DNA of 64,000 bases from Desulfatiglandales bacterium (GCA_963662465.1 OY759599.1:448001-512000), one strand, 5' to 3'. Counted from the first letter of the stretch, positions 29,982-40,017 are shown. Made by a program: numbers and translations. The notes: generated from the letters alone by a model not told the origin.

Positions 29982-30470
29982 TCATAGACCCTTAAGATAA
30001 TTTTGTACAAAAACAATGAGTTCATCCACTTCCTTTTTAGAAATTGTTTTAACGGTATTGATTTTTTTTTCCAACTCCAAGTCATCCTTTCCAATGGCTT
30101 TTTCAATCAAAAAAGTCTCAACTTCGCCATCAGGCAACAGATGACCACAGCCACCCACCATGCCTAAGAACACACCCTCAGACAATATTGGGACGGCAAA
30201 TTTAACAAAACCTGCATCACATTCATCAACAAGAGGTTGTTTTGTTTTGGCAAGCACAGTGCCAAAATATTGATTTGCTACGGTGCATATGGCTGCAATA
30301 CCTTCAGGATATGCCTTAATTGTGGGGCAAACTTCATTGGCAAAAGCCACGTATGAGGTTATACGATTCCACTGGTTATTGTATATACCCACATTCATGC
30401 CGGAACGAGTATGTATTTCTTTTTCAAATTCTTCCCACTTTTCCAGTGAAGCAATATTTGTAAGTTCCAT
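29982..30470 (-). CDS. PocR ligand-binding domain protein
   Basis: NEVCPTIK...AAIC...ECDAGFVKFAVPI...GGCG. Confidence 0.75.
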   Translation of the reverse strand: MELTNIASLEKWEEFEKEIHTRSGMNVGIYNNQWNRITSYVAFANEVCPTIKAYPEGIAAICTVANQYFGTVLAKTKQPLVDECDAGFVKFAVPILSEGVFLGMVGGCGHLLPDGEVETFLIEKAIGKDDLELEKKINTVKTISKKEVDELIVFVQNYLKGL

Positions 30471-30576
30471 TTCCTTTCCCCCAACTTTACATTTAGTAGT
30501 GATAATGAATCTATTATAAATTTTCCTATTTTAACCTAGAAATACTCTAATTAGAAGTATTTTGTAACGCCTGCAT

Positions 30577-31230
30577 CTATCGTATAAACCGTGAAAATAC
30601 CCCCGGTGCAAAAACCGCCATGGCGACAACACCCAGCAGTAGATAAACAAAAACCGTTGCCGGAATGGAAGGGGCTATGAGTTTGAAGGCCGTGCCGATG
30701 GATCTTTTCGGAAACGGGATAAAGCCCAGTTTGAGTTCAAAAGAATTGAATTCGTCCAACAGAAGGTGAACAAGGCAGCCTAAAAGGACCGCTGATCCGC
30801 CCATTAAAGCCATGTTCCTACCGGATGGCGCAAAAAGGAGATAACCGATTCCCCCGCAAAGCAGCGCAAAGGGTATGCTGTGCATGATGCCCCTGTGTAC
30901 GGTGACCTTTTTGATGACGCTACAGATAACGTAGTTGATCAAAAGGTAGGATAGGGTGAAGTAGCAGATCAAAAATTCCGGGGTGTTGCCGAATCGTTGG
31001 GTTGCCCTTATGAAAAGAAGGCTCGGTATCAGAATCGAAATCAGCTGAAACAGAAAAGTCAGGGGTTTGCTTGTGTCGCTGTCCAGGTCGGGCAGTAATC
31101 CGGCGGCAGAGGCCACCACAAAAATGGCGATTGACTGCATGAGGCTCAATGCTTGAAAATAATAGCCGATCAGCGACAGGCTTGTTCCCGATACGATGCC
31201 CCCCGCCAGATGTGTCTTGAATCCCGCCAT
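30577..31230 (-). CDS. Membrane metal-dependent hydrolase (YdjM-like)
   Basis: FKTH, LPDLD, HRGIMHS, HLLLDE motifs. Confidence 0.85.
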   Translation of the reverse strand: MAGFKTHLAGGIVSGTSLSLIGYYFQALSLMQSIAIFVVASAAGLLPDLDSDTSKPLTFLFQLISILIPSLLFIRATQRFGNTPEFLICYFTLSYLLINYVICSVIKKVTVHRGIMHSIPFALLCGGIGYLLFAPSGRNMALMGGSAVLLGCLVHLLLDEFNSFELKLGFIPFPKRSIGTAFKLIAPSIPATVFVYLLLGVVAMAVFAPGVFSRFIR

Positions 31231-31241
31231 TCAAAGCCTCT

Positions 31242-32549
31242 TCAGACTAAAAGTCCCAAAATTTTGTTTCCTGCAATTTGTCCGGCGCGCATCCGCACCA
31301 TACGGCCCTGTAATTGATGATCCCCAGGGAAAACAAAAGGCAGGTAGTTTTCGCCGGCGCCCGTCATGAGGGTCTTGTTTTTGGCATCGGGACCCTCCAC
31401 CAGTACATCAAAGGCATGGTTCCGGCACCTTTCGTAAAAGCGTATCCGTTTCCCCTGACCAAGGGCTCTCAGTTCTGAAGCCCGTTGTTTGATGGTGTTG
31501 ATATCCACCTTGTTTTTGAAATGCCAGGCCGGGGTTCCTTTTCTGGGGGAAAAGGGAAACACATGGAGATAGCTCACGGGCAGGTCCTGGAGAAGTGAAA
31601 CGCAGTTTGCATGGGTTGAGTCGTCTTCCCCGGGGAACCCGACCATAACGTCTACCCCGATGGCGCCCTGGGGGATGGCGGCGTAAACGGCTTCGATTTT
31701 TTTGGCAAATTCTTTCGTGGTATAGCCGCGATTCATCTTTTTGAGGATGCCGTCATCGCCGCTTTGAAGGGGAATATGGAAGTGAGGGCAAAGCCATTTT
31801 TCCGATGCCGCCATTTCAATGATTTCCGGGTCCAGTTCACGGGGTTCCAGAGAGCTCAGCCGCAGCCTGAGGGGAAACCCTTGTTTCCCCGTCATTTGAA
31901 GCAATCTCTTTAAATCTATTTCACTGCCCAGGTCCACCCCGTACTTACCCAGATGAATGCCCGTCAGCACTACCTCCCGGTATCCCTGTTTCGCAAATCC
32001 TTCCAGGGCGTCAAGGACTTTTTCAGGGGCCAGACTTCGATAGGGTCCCCTGGCATAGGGAACGATGCAGTAAGTGCAGAAGGATCGGCACCCATCCTGG
32101 ATTTTCAGATATGCCCTTGTTCGGCCCGGGAAGTTATGAATGACAAGGGAATCGAAGGGCGTTCCGGGTTCGAAGGCCGGCAACACAAGGGTTTTCTGGT
32201 GGGGAGTGGAAGGTTCCATCAAAAGACGTGGGATTTTGGCCTTGACCCGGTTGTTGGCGATGAGGTCGATGCCGTCAATGGCCTCAAGTTCTTCCGGAAA
32301 TACCTGAGCATAGCAGCCGATGGCCGCAATACGGCTTTCGGGATTTTCCCGGATGGCTTTGCGAATGGCCTGTCGGGACTGGTGTGCCGCCTTGTGGGTG
32401 ACGATGCAGGTGTTTATGACCACCACATCAGGGGATTTTCCATGTTTTTCCGAATGCCAGCCGGCGTGCGTCAGGGATTCCTCGATAAAAGCGGATTCAT
32501 ATTGATTGACCTTGCAACCGAGGGTAATTACTTTAAATGTCTTGAACAA
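31242..32549 (-). CDS. mtaB: tRNA t6A37 methylthiotransferase MtaB
   Basis: TLGCKVNQYES, NTCIVT, KIQDGCRSFCTYCIVPYARG; TTG start at 32549 after AGGAGG. Confidence 0.93.
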   Translation of the reverse strand: MFKTFKVITLGCKVNQYESAFIEESLTHAGWHSEKHGKSPDVVVINTCIVTHKAAHQSRQAIRKAIRENPESRIAAIGCYAQVFPEELEAIDGIDLIANNRVKAKIPRLLMEPSTPHQKTLVLPAFEPGTPFDSLVIHNFPGRTRAYLKIQDGCRSFCTYCIVPYARGPYRSLAPEKVLDALEGFAKQGYREVVLTGIHLGKYGVDLGSEIDLKRLLQMTGKQGFPLRLRLSSLEPRELDPEIIEMAASEKWLCPHFHIPLQSGDDGILKKMNRGYTTKEFAKKIEAVYAAIPQGAIGVDVMVGFPGEDDSTHANCVSLLQDLPVSYLHVFPFSPRKGTPAWHFKNKVDINTIKQRASELRALGQGKRIRFYERCRNHAFDVLVEGPDAKNKTLMTGAGENYLPFVFPGDHQLQGRMVRMRAGQIAGNKILGLLV

Positions 32550-33603
32550 TCCAGCCTCCTCCCAGCACCTGGTCCCCATCGTATAACGCCAGTGCCTGCC
32601 CCGGCGTTACGGCCATTTGGGGCTCATCGAAGATAAATCGTGCGGCGCCGGATGAGATCATCTCCAAACGTCCGGAGGCCGGCTTATGCCGATAGCGGAT
32701 CTGGGCGCTCAGGGTAGCATGTTCGGTGGGTTCAAAAGGACTAATCCAGTGAAAATCCGTTGCAAACACTTCCGTTGAAAAAAGATCTTCCCGCCTCCCC
32801 ACGATCACCCGATTGCTCTCCGGTTCCAGTGCTTTCACATAATAGGGTCTGGAAGAGGCAATGCCCAGTCCATGTCGTTGACCGATGGTATAGCGGTGAA
32901 TGCCCTTATGTTCCCCCACGATCTTGCCATGAAGATTGATGATGGGGCCTTTCATGGGTATCTCGGACTTTCTTCGCGATTCGACAACGTGGCGATAGTC
33001 CATTCCGGGGATAAAACAGATCTCCTGGCTTTCGCGGTCTTCATGGCAGACAATGCCCATTTCGCGGGCACGATTTCGGGTTTGTGTTTTGAGCATATGG
33101 CCCAGGGGGAAAATGGTTTTTGAAAGATGGCGTTGGCTCAACCGGTGAAGGAAATAGGATTGGTCTTTTTGGGGATCTTTGCCTCTCCACAGGGTGATGG
33201 GGATGTTCCTGCCCGCTCTTTTGATGCGAACGTAATGACCCGTTGCCATGAAATGAAATGGGTGCGTCGCCCCATGGCGCAGCATCTGTTCAAATTTGAT
33301 GAGTGGATTGCAGCGAACACAGGGATTGGGGGTTCGTCCGTTCAGATAGGCATTCACAAAGGGTGCGATCAAATCTCGTTCAAAAATGCTTCTCAGATCT
33401 ACCGTATCCAAGCTGATGGCAAGGTATTCAGAGATTTCCTGAACCCTTGCCATGCGTTGCTGGATGATAACTTCAGATGACGGGAGAATGAAATGAAGCC
33501 CGTAGACCCGATGCCCCGCCGCTTTCAAAAGAGCGGCCGCCAGTGAACTGTCCACACCCCCGCTCAGGGCCACGAGTATATTTAAGGGTTTTTTGACGTT
33601 CAC
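32533..33603 (-). CDS. mnmA: tRNA 2-thiouridylase MnmA
   Basis: SGGVDS, TPNPCVRCN, ATGHY, KDQSYFL, ESQEICF, TIGQR, PGQ. Confidence 0.95.
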   Translation of the reverse strand: MNVKKPLNILVALSGGVDSSLAAALLKAAGHRVYGLHFILPSSEVIIQQRMARVQEISEYLAISLDTVDLRSIFERDLIAPFVNAYLNGRTPNPCVRCNPLIKFEQMLRHGATHPFHFMATGHYVRIKRAGRNIPITLWRGKDPQKDQSYFLHRLSQRHLSKTIFPLGHMLKTQTRNRAREMGIVCHEDRESQEICFIPGMDYRHVVESRRKSEIPMKGPIINLHGKIVGEHKGIHRYTIGQRHGLGIASSRPYYVKALEPESNRVIVGRREDLFSTEVFATDFHWISPFEPTEHATLSAQIRYRHKPASGRLEMISSGAARFIFDEPQMAVTPGQALALYDGDQVLGGGWIVQDI

Positions 33604-33624
33604 GGTTTCACATCAATCGCGGAT

Positions 33625-33670
33625 GCCGCATTTTTCAATCCGCATTCCGCAATCCGCATTCCGCAATCCC
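33625..33670. repeat. Intergenic heptamer tandem repeat (W)TCCGCA
   Basis: AATCCGCATTCCGCAATCCGCATTCCGCAATCC. Confidence 0.6.
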
Positions 33671-33671
33671 T

Positions 33672-34097
33672 TTAGTCCAGGAGGGCTTTGTTGAATTTGA
33701 CTTCCATGGCGCGGGCCGGGCAAGCGGCCACGCACCATTCGCATGCACTGCATTTTTCTTTGTCAAAGACCACCTCCATTTCCGGTCTCTTGATGCTGAG
33801 GGCGCCGGTGGGGCAGACCGCCGTACAGGCGCCGCAGTGAAAACACTTGTCGTCGTTCCGCTTGATGTCCTCGCCGATGCTCTCCACTTTGATGCCGAGA
33901 TCTTTGAGGTACTGAATCCCTTCTTTATAGTTCTTCTTGTGGCCGCTTAATTGTAGGACCATAAGGCCTTCTTTTCGCGGATAAATGACGGCTTTCAGAA
34001 TGTTAAATGAGAGATCGAACTTTTTAACAAGCGTTGCGGCAATCGGTTCGTCAACGGTCGTTTTGGGAAACCTGAGTGAAATGGTCTTTGAATACAT
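33672..34097 (-). CDS. NIL domain + 2x[4Fe-4S] ferredoxin protein
   Basis: CFHCGACTAVCP and CSACEWCVAACP; NIL-like N-terminus. Confidence 0.88.
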   Translation of the reverse strand: MYSKTISLRFPKTTVDEPIAATLVKKFDLSFNILKAVIYPRKEGLMVLQLSGHKKNYKEGIQYLKDLGIKVESIGEDIKRNDDKCFHCGACTAVCPTGALSIKRPEMEVVFDKEKCSACEWCVAACPARAMEVKFNKALLD

Positions 34098-34127
34098 GGT
34101 TTATTTCTCCCTTTTGCCTGTCACCCA

Positions 34128-35306
34128 TCAATATTTTTTGATGACCCTTTCAAAGCCCGGAAGGGAATTTAAGACGGTTGCTTCAGAAACGCAATAGGCA
34201 ATTCTGAAGTGGCCTGGGCCCAAAAATCCGCTCCCTGGAACCGTTAGAATGTTTTCCTCCTGAAGCGCCGCGATAAAGGCGACGTCGTCTTCGATGGGGG
34301 ATCTGGGGAACAGGTAGAATGCCCCTTCCGGCTTTTCGAATTGGTAGCCGAAGGACCAGAGGGCGTCGCAAAGTATGTCCCTGTTTTTCTGATATGGGGA
34401 GATGTCCACGCTGTCATTGAGCAGGTGGGCGATCGCCCGCTGCATGAGGGCGGGGGCATTGACATACCCCAGGGTGCGGTTGCAGAAAACCATGCCGGCC
34501 AGAACCATGCCCTTATCGGACATGTCGGGATGAACCGCCGCGTAACCGATCCTTTCGCCCGGGAGCGACAGGTCTTTGGAAAAGGAGGTTACCAGGAAGC
34601 TCTCGGAATAGGCGTCGAAAATGCTGGGAACCTTCACCCCGTCATAGACGATTTTACGGTAGGGTTCATCGGAAATCAGGTATATGGGATTTCCTTTTTT
34701 GGCGCTGTGATGGGCCAGAAGATCCGCTAATTTTCCAATCTCTTCCGCCGTGTAGACTTTCCCGGTGGGGTTGTTGGGCGAATTAATCAGGACCGCTTTT
34801 GTTTTTTCGGTGATGGCTCCCTCGATAAGATCCAGGTCAAAGGAAAAATCCGGGTGAGTCGCCACGGGTCTGGGGACACCCTGGTGATTGCCCAGGTAGA
34901 AATTGTATTCCACAAAATAGGGTTTGGGAATGATCACTTCATCTTCCGGATCGAGGATGGTTTTCAAAACCACATTGAGACCGCCGCCCGCGCCCACGGT
35001 CATGACAATCTCTTCCGGCGTAAATGCGGCCTTATTGTAGGTGTTCAGATAATCCGCCACAGCCTGGCGGGTTTCAAGAAAACCGGCATTGGGCATATAG
35101 GCGTGTTGGCCGGGACGGGGATCCGCGACCAACTCGGTCAGGATTTGATTGAGTTTGGGAGGCGGTTCCAGATTGGGATTTCCTAGGCTGAAATCAAAGA
35201 CATTTTCCGGTCCATACTGCTTTTTTCGTTTGGCGCCTTCCTCGAACATTTTCCGGATGAAGGAGGACCTTTCAATGGCAGCTTGGATGTTTCGCGATGC
35301 AGACAT
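34128..35306 (-). CDS. PLP-dependent class I/II (aspartate-type) aminotransferase
   Basis: INSPNNPTG, SDEPY, SFSKDLSLPGERIG. Confidence 0.93.
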   Translation of the reverse strand: MSASRNIQAAIERSSFIRKMFEEGAKRKKQYGPENVFDFSLGNPNLEPPPKLNQILTELVADPRPGQHAYMPNAGFLETRQAVADYLNTYNKAAFTPEEIVMTVGAGGGLNVVLKTILDPEDEVIIPKPYFVEYNFYLGNHQGVPRPVATHPDFSFDLDLIEGAITEKTKAVLINSPNNPTGKVYTAEEIGKLADLLAHHSAKKGNPIYLISDEPYRKIVYDGVKVPSIFDAYSESFLVTSFSKDLSLPGERIGYAAVHPDMSDKGMVLAGMVFCNRTLGYVNAPALMQRAIAHLLNDSVDISPYQKNRDILCDALWSFGYQFEKPEGAFYLFPRSPIEDDVAFIAALQEENILTVPGSGFLGPGHFRIAYCVSEATVLNSLPGFERVIKKY

Positions 35307-35466
35307 AATTCAAAATCTCCTGTTCAATGCTGTTGAGGCCCAAGCATAGCGTTTTAGGCCGGGTTGTCAATAGTAAAGTCCTCTATTATTATCTTTCCCG
35401 CAACGAGAATCTATAGTAAAAACTGCATTCGGAGATATTGGGTTCCCCTTTCAAGGTGGAGGCATT

Positions 35467-35952
35467 GTGAGCTTACGGAAAATCTTTTTTGTTGTTCAGG
35501 TCTGCATGGTCCTTTTGGTTTCAAGCGCCGTCCAGGCGGGTGCGTATCCGGGGTCCACGGATGTTTTGCAGCGGTTGTCCGAACGAGTGATCACGGAACT
35601 GGCCGGCAAGGCGGCATGGCGGTTTGCGCCCACGGAACCCGGGGGGAAAAAATACCGGAAAATTCCCTGGAAACCCGGCGACCGGCAAACGGTTGGCATC
35701 TACCTTTTCAGGGAAGAGGGGACCAAAGAAATCCTTCCTTTCGGCAGGCGCCTTCAAAAACAATTGGGTCAGGCAATGGATGGGTCAGACAAGTTCATGT
35801 ATGTGCTTCGCGACATGGACAAATTCTATGATATGAAAAAGCGCGAAACCGATTTCATGATCAATGAAGAGACGGCCGCTTCCGTTTGCTCGCGTTTTGC
35901 GCCGCATATTTCTTTGCTGTATGGTGGTTTTTTCCAGGATAGGGAGTTTTGA
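35467..35952 (+). CDS. Exported FlgO/CsgG-like protein, probably truncated
   Basis: Signal peptide; FMYVLRDMDK...INEETAASV resembles a CsgG/FlgO fold, then the sequence loses resemblance. Confidence 0.4.
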   Translation: MSLRKIFFVVQVCMVLLVSSAVQAGAYPGSTDVLQRLSERVITELAGKAAWRFAPTEPGGKKYRKIPWKPGDRQTVGIYLFREEGTKEILPFGRRLQKQLGQAMDGSDKFMYVLRDMDKFYDMKKRETDFMINEETAASVCSRFAPHISLLYGGFFQDREF

Positions 35953-38900
35953 TGGGCATTCGAGATTTTTTTAAGAAAGTGCTGTCCACCGGGCAGGCCT
36001 CTATGGTCGAAAAGGCCGATGGCCTTTATGCCTCGGGCGATCTTGAAGGGGCGGTGAAATGCCTGGAAGAGGCCCTTCAGAGCCGGCAGGAGAGCGGCAA
36101 GTCCCTGGCGGTCATGAGGCAGCGATTCAACTCCTATTCCGAAGAACTGCACCTGAAACGCCTGAATGAGCATCGAAACACCCTCGCAGGCGCCGCCTTT
36201 GATACAGGGAACTACAGCCGTATTGAGGGGATATTGTCAGCCCTTGATCGGGGGATCAAAGAATCCGTTTACCGGGGAAAGCCCAAGGCGGAAGCAGAAG
36301 CGCTCTACAAGGAATATTTGGGACCGTTTCAGGACTTGCAGCGGCAGGTTCAGAAGGAAAAGCATGGGGGAATTATCGACCGGATCAGGACGTTGTCGCC
36401 GGAAGAGGAGGCGGATGAATTTGTTACCCTTGTGGAAGAGCTGCGGCGCATGGGCGGCCGCTTGCCCGAAGAGCTTCACGGGGCCTGCAAGATTGCGGAA
36501 GAAAGGAGCTACGTTCTGCCCGACGACCTTCGGGAATTCGCCAATTTTGTGATTGAACGAAAGCTCGGAAACGGAGGATTCGCTTCCGTGTTTCTGGCCT
36601 CCTCCAAAGGGATCGGGTATCAGTCGGCCATCAAGATATTTGCTCCCCAGCCGACGCTGGTGCGGGAATCGGGGATGTCTCTTGGCGAACTCAAAGACCG
36701 CTTCAAGCGGGAGGCTCGCATCATGCTCAGGCTTTCCGAAGAAAGGACCCGTGGGATTGTTAACGTCAGACATTCGGATTTTTACCGGGGGAAACCGTAC
36801 CTTCTCATGGACTATTACCCCAGGAATCTTTCCGACCTGATCGGCGGCGATGAAGAGCTGCTTCAAGGATGCCATGGAAAATTCCTCAGCTATGAAGAGG
36901 GCTTGCCCCTTATCCAGGGTATACTGACGTCTATCCATGGTCTCCACAATCGCCCGTCGCCCATCATTCATCGGGACCTCAAGCCCCCCAACATCCTGCT
37001 GGATAAGGATAACCGCCCCCATATCGCCGACTTCGGTTTGGCCCGTGAAACGAGTCGGATAGATTTACTGTCGAGCGCCTTTCAAAGTTCCACTGGAACC
37101 AATTTTGCTTCCCAATACTACGGTGCTCCCGAGCAGCGGGGGGGCTTCAAGGAAGCCGACCAACGGGCCGACATCTTCTCCTTGGGAGTGATGATTTACC
37201 GCATTTTGACCGGTCGGCTTATCGGTTTTCACGATCAGGAACCCCTGGAATATTATGTAAAGGATCTGAACGCAGAAATGGCTGGTCGTATGAACGACCT
37301 TCTCGGTAAAGCCACCCGGGTGGAACCGAACCAGCGGCTCTCGGATGTTTCTACCTTGCTGGAATTGTTTTCCGCGGAACAGACCACTGTTCAAGTAAAC
37401 GAACCCGTTGCATCCCATTTCTCTGCCGCCGATCAATTTTGCGCCGCCCTGGAAATGGCCTATGCTTTTGCTCCCGATGGGGAGCTTCCAGAGAGCGCAC
37501 GAACAATCGTTGAAGTAAAGGCCCATGAGCTGGGAATGGATGAAGGGGACGCAAAGGCCCTGGAAAAGGATTTCCGATCCCGCCTGGGCCTGGGAGAAGG
37601 CGGACAGGAACGGGTGGTTTCGGCCACTGCCGGGGCCTCGTCCAGCGCTGTTTCCGAAAAAGGCGCGGGAGAGCTCAGCATCACGTCGGAACCTGAGCTG
37701 GCAACAGTTTTTGTGGACGGTGTAGAGCGGGGAAAGACGCCGGTCACCCTGTCGCGCATCGGGGTGGGGAAGCGCACCATCCGTTTGAAACTGGACGGGT
37801 ATTTCCCTGTGAGCAGAATCGAGAGAGTGGCCCCGGACCAGGAGACGAAAATTCATGTGATACTGGAGCCCCAGCTTGGAAGCATCAAGGCCGAGGTCGA
37901 AACCTTCTCGGATGACTATCCTTGCCGATTTTATCTGGACGAAAGCCTCATGGGCAAGACGCCTCTCATGGTAGAGGATGTTTCTGCCGGCGTACACGCC
38001 TGGCGGTTGGAGGCGGAAGCGCACCAGGGGGAAAGCGGGGAGGTGGCGGTAACGCTGGATGAGGAGGCAAAGGTGGTAAAAAAACTGGAGCCTCTGCCGG
38101 GCCGTATTTCTATAAAAAGCGTCCCATCGGGAGCATCCGTCTGGCTGAACGGCAAAAATACGGGGAAGAAAACCGACGGGGAATGGAAATTTAAACCGGG
38201 AACCTGCCGTCTTTTGCTGAAGTTGCCGGGCTATGTGGACGCCGAAAGAGAACTGAAACTCCTGTCCGGAGGTGTTCTGGAAGAGATGTTTACGCTGGTG
38301 CGAAACGCGGCGAGACTCAGTGTGACCAGCGTGCCGGAAGGGGCGGACATTTGGTTGGATGACAAGGACACCGGTCAGAAAACAGATGCGGTACTGGAGG
38401 TGTCGTCGGGTAAACACACGATAGTGTTGAAACGAAACGGCTACCAGGAAGCGAAAAAGGAAGTGGAATTGACTCCGGATAAATTTCAGGAAGTGGAGTT
38501 CCGGCTCAAGAAAGGGAAAACACCTGCTCAGGGCCGTTATGCAGCCATAGGGAGCAACATCGTAAAGGATACTAAAACCGGCTTTGAGTGGCTAACGGGG
38601 CCGGACGAGGACACGACCTGGAAAAAGGCGAAATCCTGGGTGGCCAACCTGAAAACAGATGGCGGTGGCTGGCGCATGCCTACCATGGATGAACTGGAAG
38701 GTATTTATGAGAAGGGGCTTGGGGATCGGAACATGACCCCGTTGCTGGAAACCACTGGATGGTGGGTATGGTCAGGTGAAACTTCAGATTCCTCTGCTGC
38801 CGGGAACTTCGACTTCCACGACGGCAACTGGTTTTGGAGCTGTGGCTCCACCAACAGCAGGGTTTTTGCGGTGCGTTCCCGAAGCGAAGGGATAACGCCT

Positions 38901-39305
38901 GCCGGGTTACAACCTGACAAAATACACGCAGAAATCCGTTATTCAGAAATAGGCAACAAAGTTGTGAAAGACATGAAAACCGGCCTTGAGTGGTTGGCAG
39001 GTGCTGACAAGGACACGAACTGGAATGAGGCGAAAGCCTGGGTGGCTAAACTGAAAACAGATGGAGCTGGCTGGCGTATGCCAAGTATGGATGAACTGGA
39101 AGGCATCTACGAGAAGGGGCTTGGGGATCGGAATATGACGCCGCTTTTGAAGACTACCGGCTGGTGCGTATGGTCAGGTGAAACAAAGGGTTACGCCAAT
39201 GGCAGGGACTTCAACTTCTACCGCGGCGGCAGCTATTTGCTCAACCGTTACGGCGAGCCCCACAGCAAACGGGGGTTTGCGGTGCGTTCCCGAAACGATG
39301 GATAA
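35949..39305 (+). CDS. Hanks-type Ser/Thr kinase with PEGA repeats and two C-terminal DUF1566/Lcl (CLec) domains; putative DGR target
   Basis: LGNGGFASV, AIK, HRDLKPPN, DFGLA, APEQ; about four ITSEP/SVPSGA-type PEGA repeats; 2x KDxKTGxEW...WRMPxMDEL...WSG...FAVR. Confidence 0.9.
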   Translation: MMGIRDFFKKVLSTGQASMVEKADGLYASGDLEGAVKCLEEALQSRQESGKSLAVMRQRFNSYSEELHLKRLNEHRNTLAGAAFDTGNYSRIEGILSALDRGIKESVYRGKPKAEAEALYKEYLGPFQDLQRQVQKEKHGGIIDRIRTLSPEEEADEFVTLVEELRRMGGRLPEELHGACKIAEERSYVLPDDLREFANFVIERKLGNGGFASVFLASSKGIGYQSAIKIFAPQPTLVRESGMSLGELKDRFKREARIMLRLSEERTRGIVNVRHSDFYRGKPYLLMDYYPRNLSDLIGGDEELLQGCHGKFLSYEEGLPLIQGILTSIHGLHNRPSPIIHRDLKPPNILLDKDNRPHIADFGLARETSRIDLLSSAFQSSTGTNFASQYYGAPEQRGGFKEADQRADIFSLGVMIYRILTGRLIGFHDQEPLEYYVKDLNAEMAGRMNDLLGKATRVEPNQRLSDVSTLLELFSAEQTTVQVNEPVASHFSAADQFCAALEMAYAFAPDGELPESARTIVEVKAHELGMDEGDAKALEKDFRSRLGLGEGGQERVVSATAGASSSAVSEKGAGELSITSEPELATVFVDGVERGKTPVTLSRIGVGKRTIRLKLDGYFPVSRIERVAPDQETKIHVILEPQLGSIKAEVETFSDDYPCRFYLDESLMGKTPLMVEDVSAGVHAWRLEAEAHQGESGEVAVTLDEEAKVVKKLEPLPGRISIKSVPSGASVWLNGKNTGKKTDGEWKFKPGTCRLLLKLPGYVDAERELKLLSGGVLEEMFTLVRNAARLSVTSVPEGADIWLDDKDTGQKTDAVLEVSSGKHTIVLKRNGYQEAKKEVELTPDKFQEVEFRLKKGKTPAQGRYAAIGSNIVKDTKTGFEWLTGPDEDTTWKKAKSWVANLKTDGGGWRMPTMDELEGIYEKGLGDRNMTPLLETTGWWVWSGETSDSSAAGNFDFHDGNWFWSCGSTNSRVFAVRSRSEGITPAGLQPDKIHAEIRYSEIGNKVVKDMKTGLEWLAGADKDTNWNEAKAWVAKLKTDGAGWRMPSMDELEGIYEKGLGDRNMTPLLKTTGWCVWSGETKGYANGRDFNFYRGGSYLLNRYGEPHSKRGFAVRSRNDG
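38536..39303 (+). repeat. Tandem duplicated Lcl domains, each ending in a variable region and an identical 19-bp tail
   Basis: Conserved scaffold to SGET, divergent 38781-38864 vs 39183-39275, then TTTGCGGTGCGTTCCCGAA in both. Confidence 0.8.
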
Positions 39306-39392
39306 TTTGATCATTTGACTTTTTGATCATTTAAACGAGGGAGTACAGGAGGATTTTATCCCCTTGTTCTCGACATTTTTTGAAGGCTTGTT

Positions 39393-39605
39393 TTGGCGCA
39401 ATACGAACATCTTCCCATATATAAAGCGGCTTTTGACCTGCTGGTGTATTTTGAAAAGATCGTGAAAAATTTTTCGAGATACAACGAATACACCCACGGA
39501 ACGGCATTGCAAGAGATTTCCGCTCGTTCTCACTCTCTTCGTGGGAACGAGCGGAGCTTTTGGTATCTGACATCTTTGGTTCGGAATATCGATTTTTCAC
39601 GTTAA
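39393..39605 (+). pseudogene. avd: Truncated DGR accessory variability determinant (Avd, four-helix bundle)
   Basis: MAQYEHLPIYKAAFDLLVYFEKIVKNFSRYNEYTHGTAL matches the Avd N-terminus; resemblance stops at a REP hairpin. Confidence 0.7.
39520..39554. repeat. REP palindrome at the avd breakpoint
   Basis: CCGCTCGTTCTCAC-TCTCTTC-GTGGGAACGAGCGG. Confidence 0.7.
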
Positions 39606-39627
39606 TTCGCGTTGCGCCATCTTTATT

Positions 39628-39790
39628 TCAATTCTCGCGTATCATCTGCTCCTCCAGCTTTTCCTTCTGGATTTCAGCAATCTCCGTCATGTCCATACCC
39701 ATCATTGACGCTATATGGTCAGGCCGCATTCCACCCCTGAGCAGAGCCTGGATGATTTCAGCCTTCCCCTTAGCCTTCCCTTTCTCTAAC
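39628..39790 (-). pseudogene. C-terminal remnant of an Rpn-like protein
   Basis: LEKGKAKGKAEIIQALLRGGM...IASMMGM resembles an Rpn C-terminal tail. Confidence 0.45.
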
Positions 39791-40017
39791 GCCGACAGGC
39801 TACGGCCACAAGCCGGGACAAAATGTTTGAACACGATTTAAAAGATTATAATGATGGACAGGATTACCATTGGCCGATAAAATGCAGACAAAATGGTGTA
39901 AAAGGGGAAGGAATTTGTCCGGACGCCGTCTTTTAATCCTGTCCATCTAAGAAATCCTGTTCATCGTGTTCAAGACAATGAGGATGCCCACAGTGACGGA
40001 TAACCCTTTGCCTGTTC

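Noticed and set aside
33625..33670. CRISPR array
   Set aside because: Simple heptamer repeats without spacers; no CRISPR array or cas genes were seen in the window
39850..39975. GGACAGGATT / AATCCTGTCC short inverted repeats
   Set aside because: Short and degenerate; no function can be supported
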